Positions 45,118 through 46,798 of a stretch of DNA of 46,798 nt are shown here, in pieces. The notes beneath the pieces were generated by a model, which saw only the letters and a list, made by a program, of their open reading frames with translations, had not been told where the DNA came from and did not search any database. The stretch is from Macrostomum lignano (lineage: Eukaryota). Position 1 is the stretch's first letter; each line of letters starts with the position of its first letter. The stretch covers positions 1 to 46,798 of the forward strand of contig NIVC01004414.1 of the NCBI GenBank assembly GCA_002269645.1. The letters are read 5' to 3'. The translations under genes and the position numbers were made by a program.

Positions 45118-45395
45118 TCAAACAGAAAATAACTTCCTCAGCGATTGCAGCGAGAAACCGAATCGGGACAGCTGTAGCGTGCCAGCCAGTCCCCCAGCAG
45201 CTCGTTAAAGAACTCACTAAAAGACATGATAAAATCTTAAGTGAGACAAATGCATTCTTCTTTACAACGTTGGCCTGCCCTAGCTGTCAGACTATGAATT
45301 ATGAAGAGTACAAGAAAGGTTCTTCTCAGGCAGACTTGTTCGCCCGCACAGTTGATAATCTGATTTGTCTGTCTCTCTGTTTAGAATGCTATTGA
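45118..45395 (+). CDS. Candidate second exon of the putative secreted protein
   Basis: Pyrimidine-rich acceptor ttttctactccccag|. The phase-1 frame, compatible with the upstream exon, stays open for 92 codons (FKQKITSS...ACPSCQTMNYEE...LICLSLCLECY*). An alternative donor TTAA|gtgaga is at 45241. No family recognised. Confidence 0.35.
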
Positions 45396-45768
45396 CGATC
45401 GTCCACGATGCCATCCTGAACTCCATCTTTTTACTTCCATTTCGCACCTTCTCTGCCATTTAGAAACAATTTTTAACACATTTTCAAGCAAAGATTGAAT
45501 AGTGCTTTCTCAAAATTTTGTTGCTGCGGAATGCGTCAGAGTTTCAATGAGGAAGAGGAAGAGGATGAGGCGGCTGAGTAGTATCAAAATTTGCTCACGA
45601 TCGAGTCCTAGTAGCGGTATTTGATACAATAAGTTTCATTGCTACATCGTCTTCAAAAAGACACTGTGTGCTGCAGTAAACACTGCATACTGATGTCCCT
45701 TCAGAAATTCTCTACGCCATAGAAATTAGTTCAAGCTCGGTTTTTCTATGATAATACAATGGATAAAT

Positions 45769-45872
45769 AATCAGCGGTCCCAGTGCGTGACAACGATTGT
45801 CTGGCGAGCGCCGGTAGGTTTTCTAGGCGCGAGCCATAGACAAATCGTTGTCACGTGCTGCGACCGCTGATT
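45769..45872. other. ~104-bp fold-back (long inverted repeat): MITE or hairpin RNA
   Basis: Left arm AATCAGCGGTCCCAGTGCGTGACAACGATTGTCT versus reverse complement of the right arm AATCAGCGGTCGCAGCACGTGACAACGATTTGTCT: about 35 bp with 3 mismatches and 1 gap. Confidence 0.7.
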
Positions 45873-46312
45873 CTTTGCATTGTTTTTCTGTTTGACGATC
45901 CTACAGACAATGCATTGTTTGTAGTAATGGATTGTTATGCATTAAAAATGTGAATAATGATCGTCAAATTGCTAAACAATAACTTGGATGAAGAATTGTT
46001 CTGGTGGCAGCAATAAAAACATGCTGTCCGAAAATTAGCGAATATACCCAAAAATGCGGAATTCACAGCCCTTCCTTCGCTTATCCTCTTTCAGATAATG
46101 GGATCGCTTCAGCCGAGGAGAAAGCAGACGTAAGAGTGCCTGTAAATTACGAAAATTACGAATGTTCAATTGACTCAAGTGACTCAACTTGTTTTTTACT
46201 GCAGGTCCATTCGTTTGGTTGGAACTCGGTTGGCAGAAATGAACCTTCGGTGACAAACTAACGCCTGTAGATGAGGCTGATCACATTGAAGCCAAAGAGA
46301 AGAAGTGGTTGG

Positions 46313-46798
46313 GAAATGGAATCAGGACCAAGCGCTGGCTTGGAGACGGATCAGAACGAAGCGTTGGCTTGGAGACGGGATCAGGACCAAGCGCTGGCTT
46401 GGAGACGGGATCAGGACCAAGCGCTGGCTTGGAGACGGGATCAGGACCAAGCGCTGGCTTGGAGACGGGATCAGGACGCAAACGTTGGCTCGGAGACGGG
46501 ATCAGGACCAAACGTTGGCTCGGAGACGGATCAGGACCAAACGTTGCTCGGAGACGGATCAGGACCAAACGTTGGCTCGGAGACGGGATCAGGACGAAGC
46601 GCTGGCTCGGAGACGGGATCAGGACCAAACGGTTCGGGAGGTCGGAGACGGAGACGGATCAGGACGAAGCGCTGGCTTGGAGACGGGATCAGGCCAACGT
46701 TGGCTCGGAGACGGGATCAGGACCAAACGTTGGCTCGGAGACGGGATCAGGACGAAGCGCTGCTTGGAGACGGGATCAGGACCAAACGTTGGCTCGGA
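46313..46798. repeat. 29-30-bp GC-rich minisatellite (GGCTCGGAGACGGGATCAGGACCAAACGTT), running off the right edge
   Basis: Direct repetition, ~16 copies in the window. Confidence 0.95.

Noticed and set aside
4913-46798. CRISPR-like arrays among the 23-40-bp repeats
   Set aside because: The units are contiguous with no unique spacers, there are no cas genes, and the context is eukaryotic.

Overview
Eukaryotic, metazoan genomic DNA with spliceosomal GT-AG introns, (TTAGGG)n-type repeats and CpG-rich, poly-Q/A/H-rich exons separated by AT-rich, minisatellite-filled DNA. This style suggests the flatworm Macrostomum lignano, but that is inference and not a database result. Genes: (1) the 5' part of a tubulin polyglutamylase TTLL4 (minus strand, runs off the left edge); (2) two tandem, divergent alpha-SNAP-like genes (minus) with large, unrelated inserts at the same position and 411 bp of almost identical 3' sequence; (3) a complete three-exon TULP4 (plus, 913 aa, splice phases verified); (4) a candidate small secreted-protein gene starting at 44383. 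Mobile and repeat content: a decayed Chapaev/CMC-like transposase inside a ~4 kb block almost devoid of CpG, two copies of a tRNA-derived SINE with a CORE-like region, short inverted-repeat elements, and about a dozen mini/microsatellites. The most striking structure is an ~11.5 kb head-to-tail array of five non-autonomous Helitron-like units (25769-37305). The units share a TC(T)ATATACTAAAG 5' end and a 3' end made of a 7-bp-stem hairpin plus CTCG. Their interiors are shuffled modules, and each carries a short telomeric tract at a homologous position. Most long ORFs in the track beyond 18 kb are repeat artefacts.
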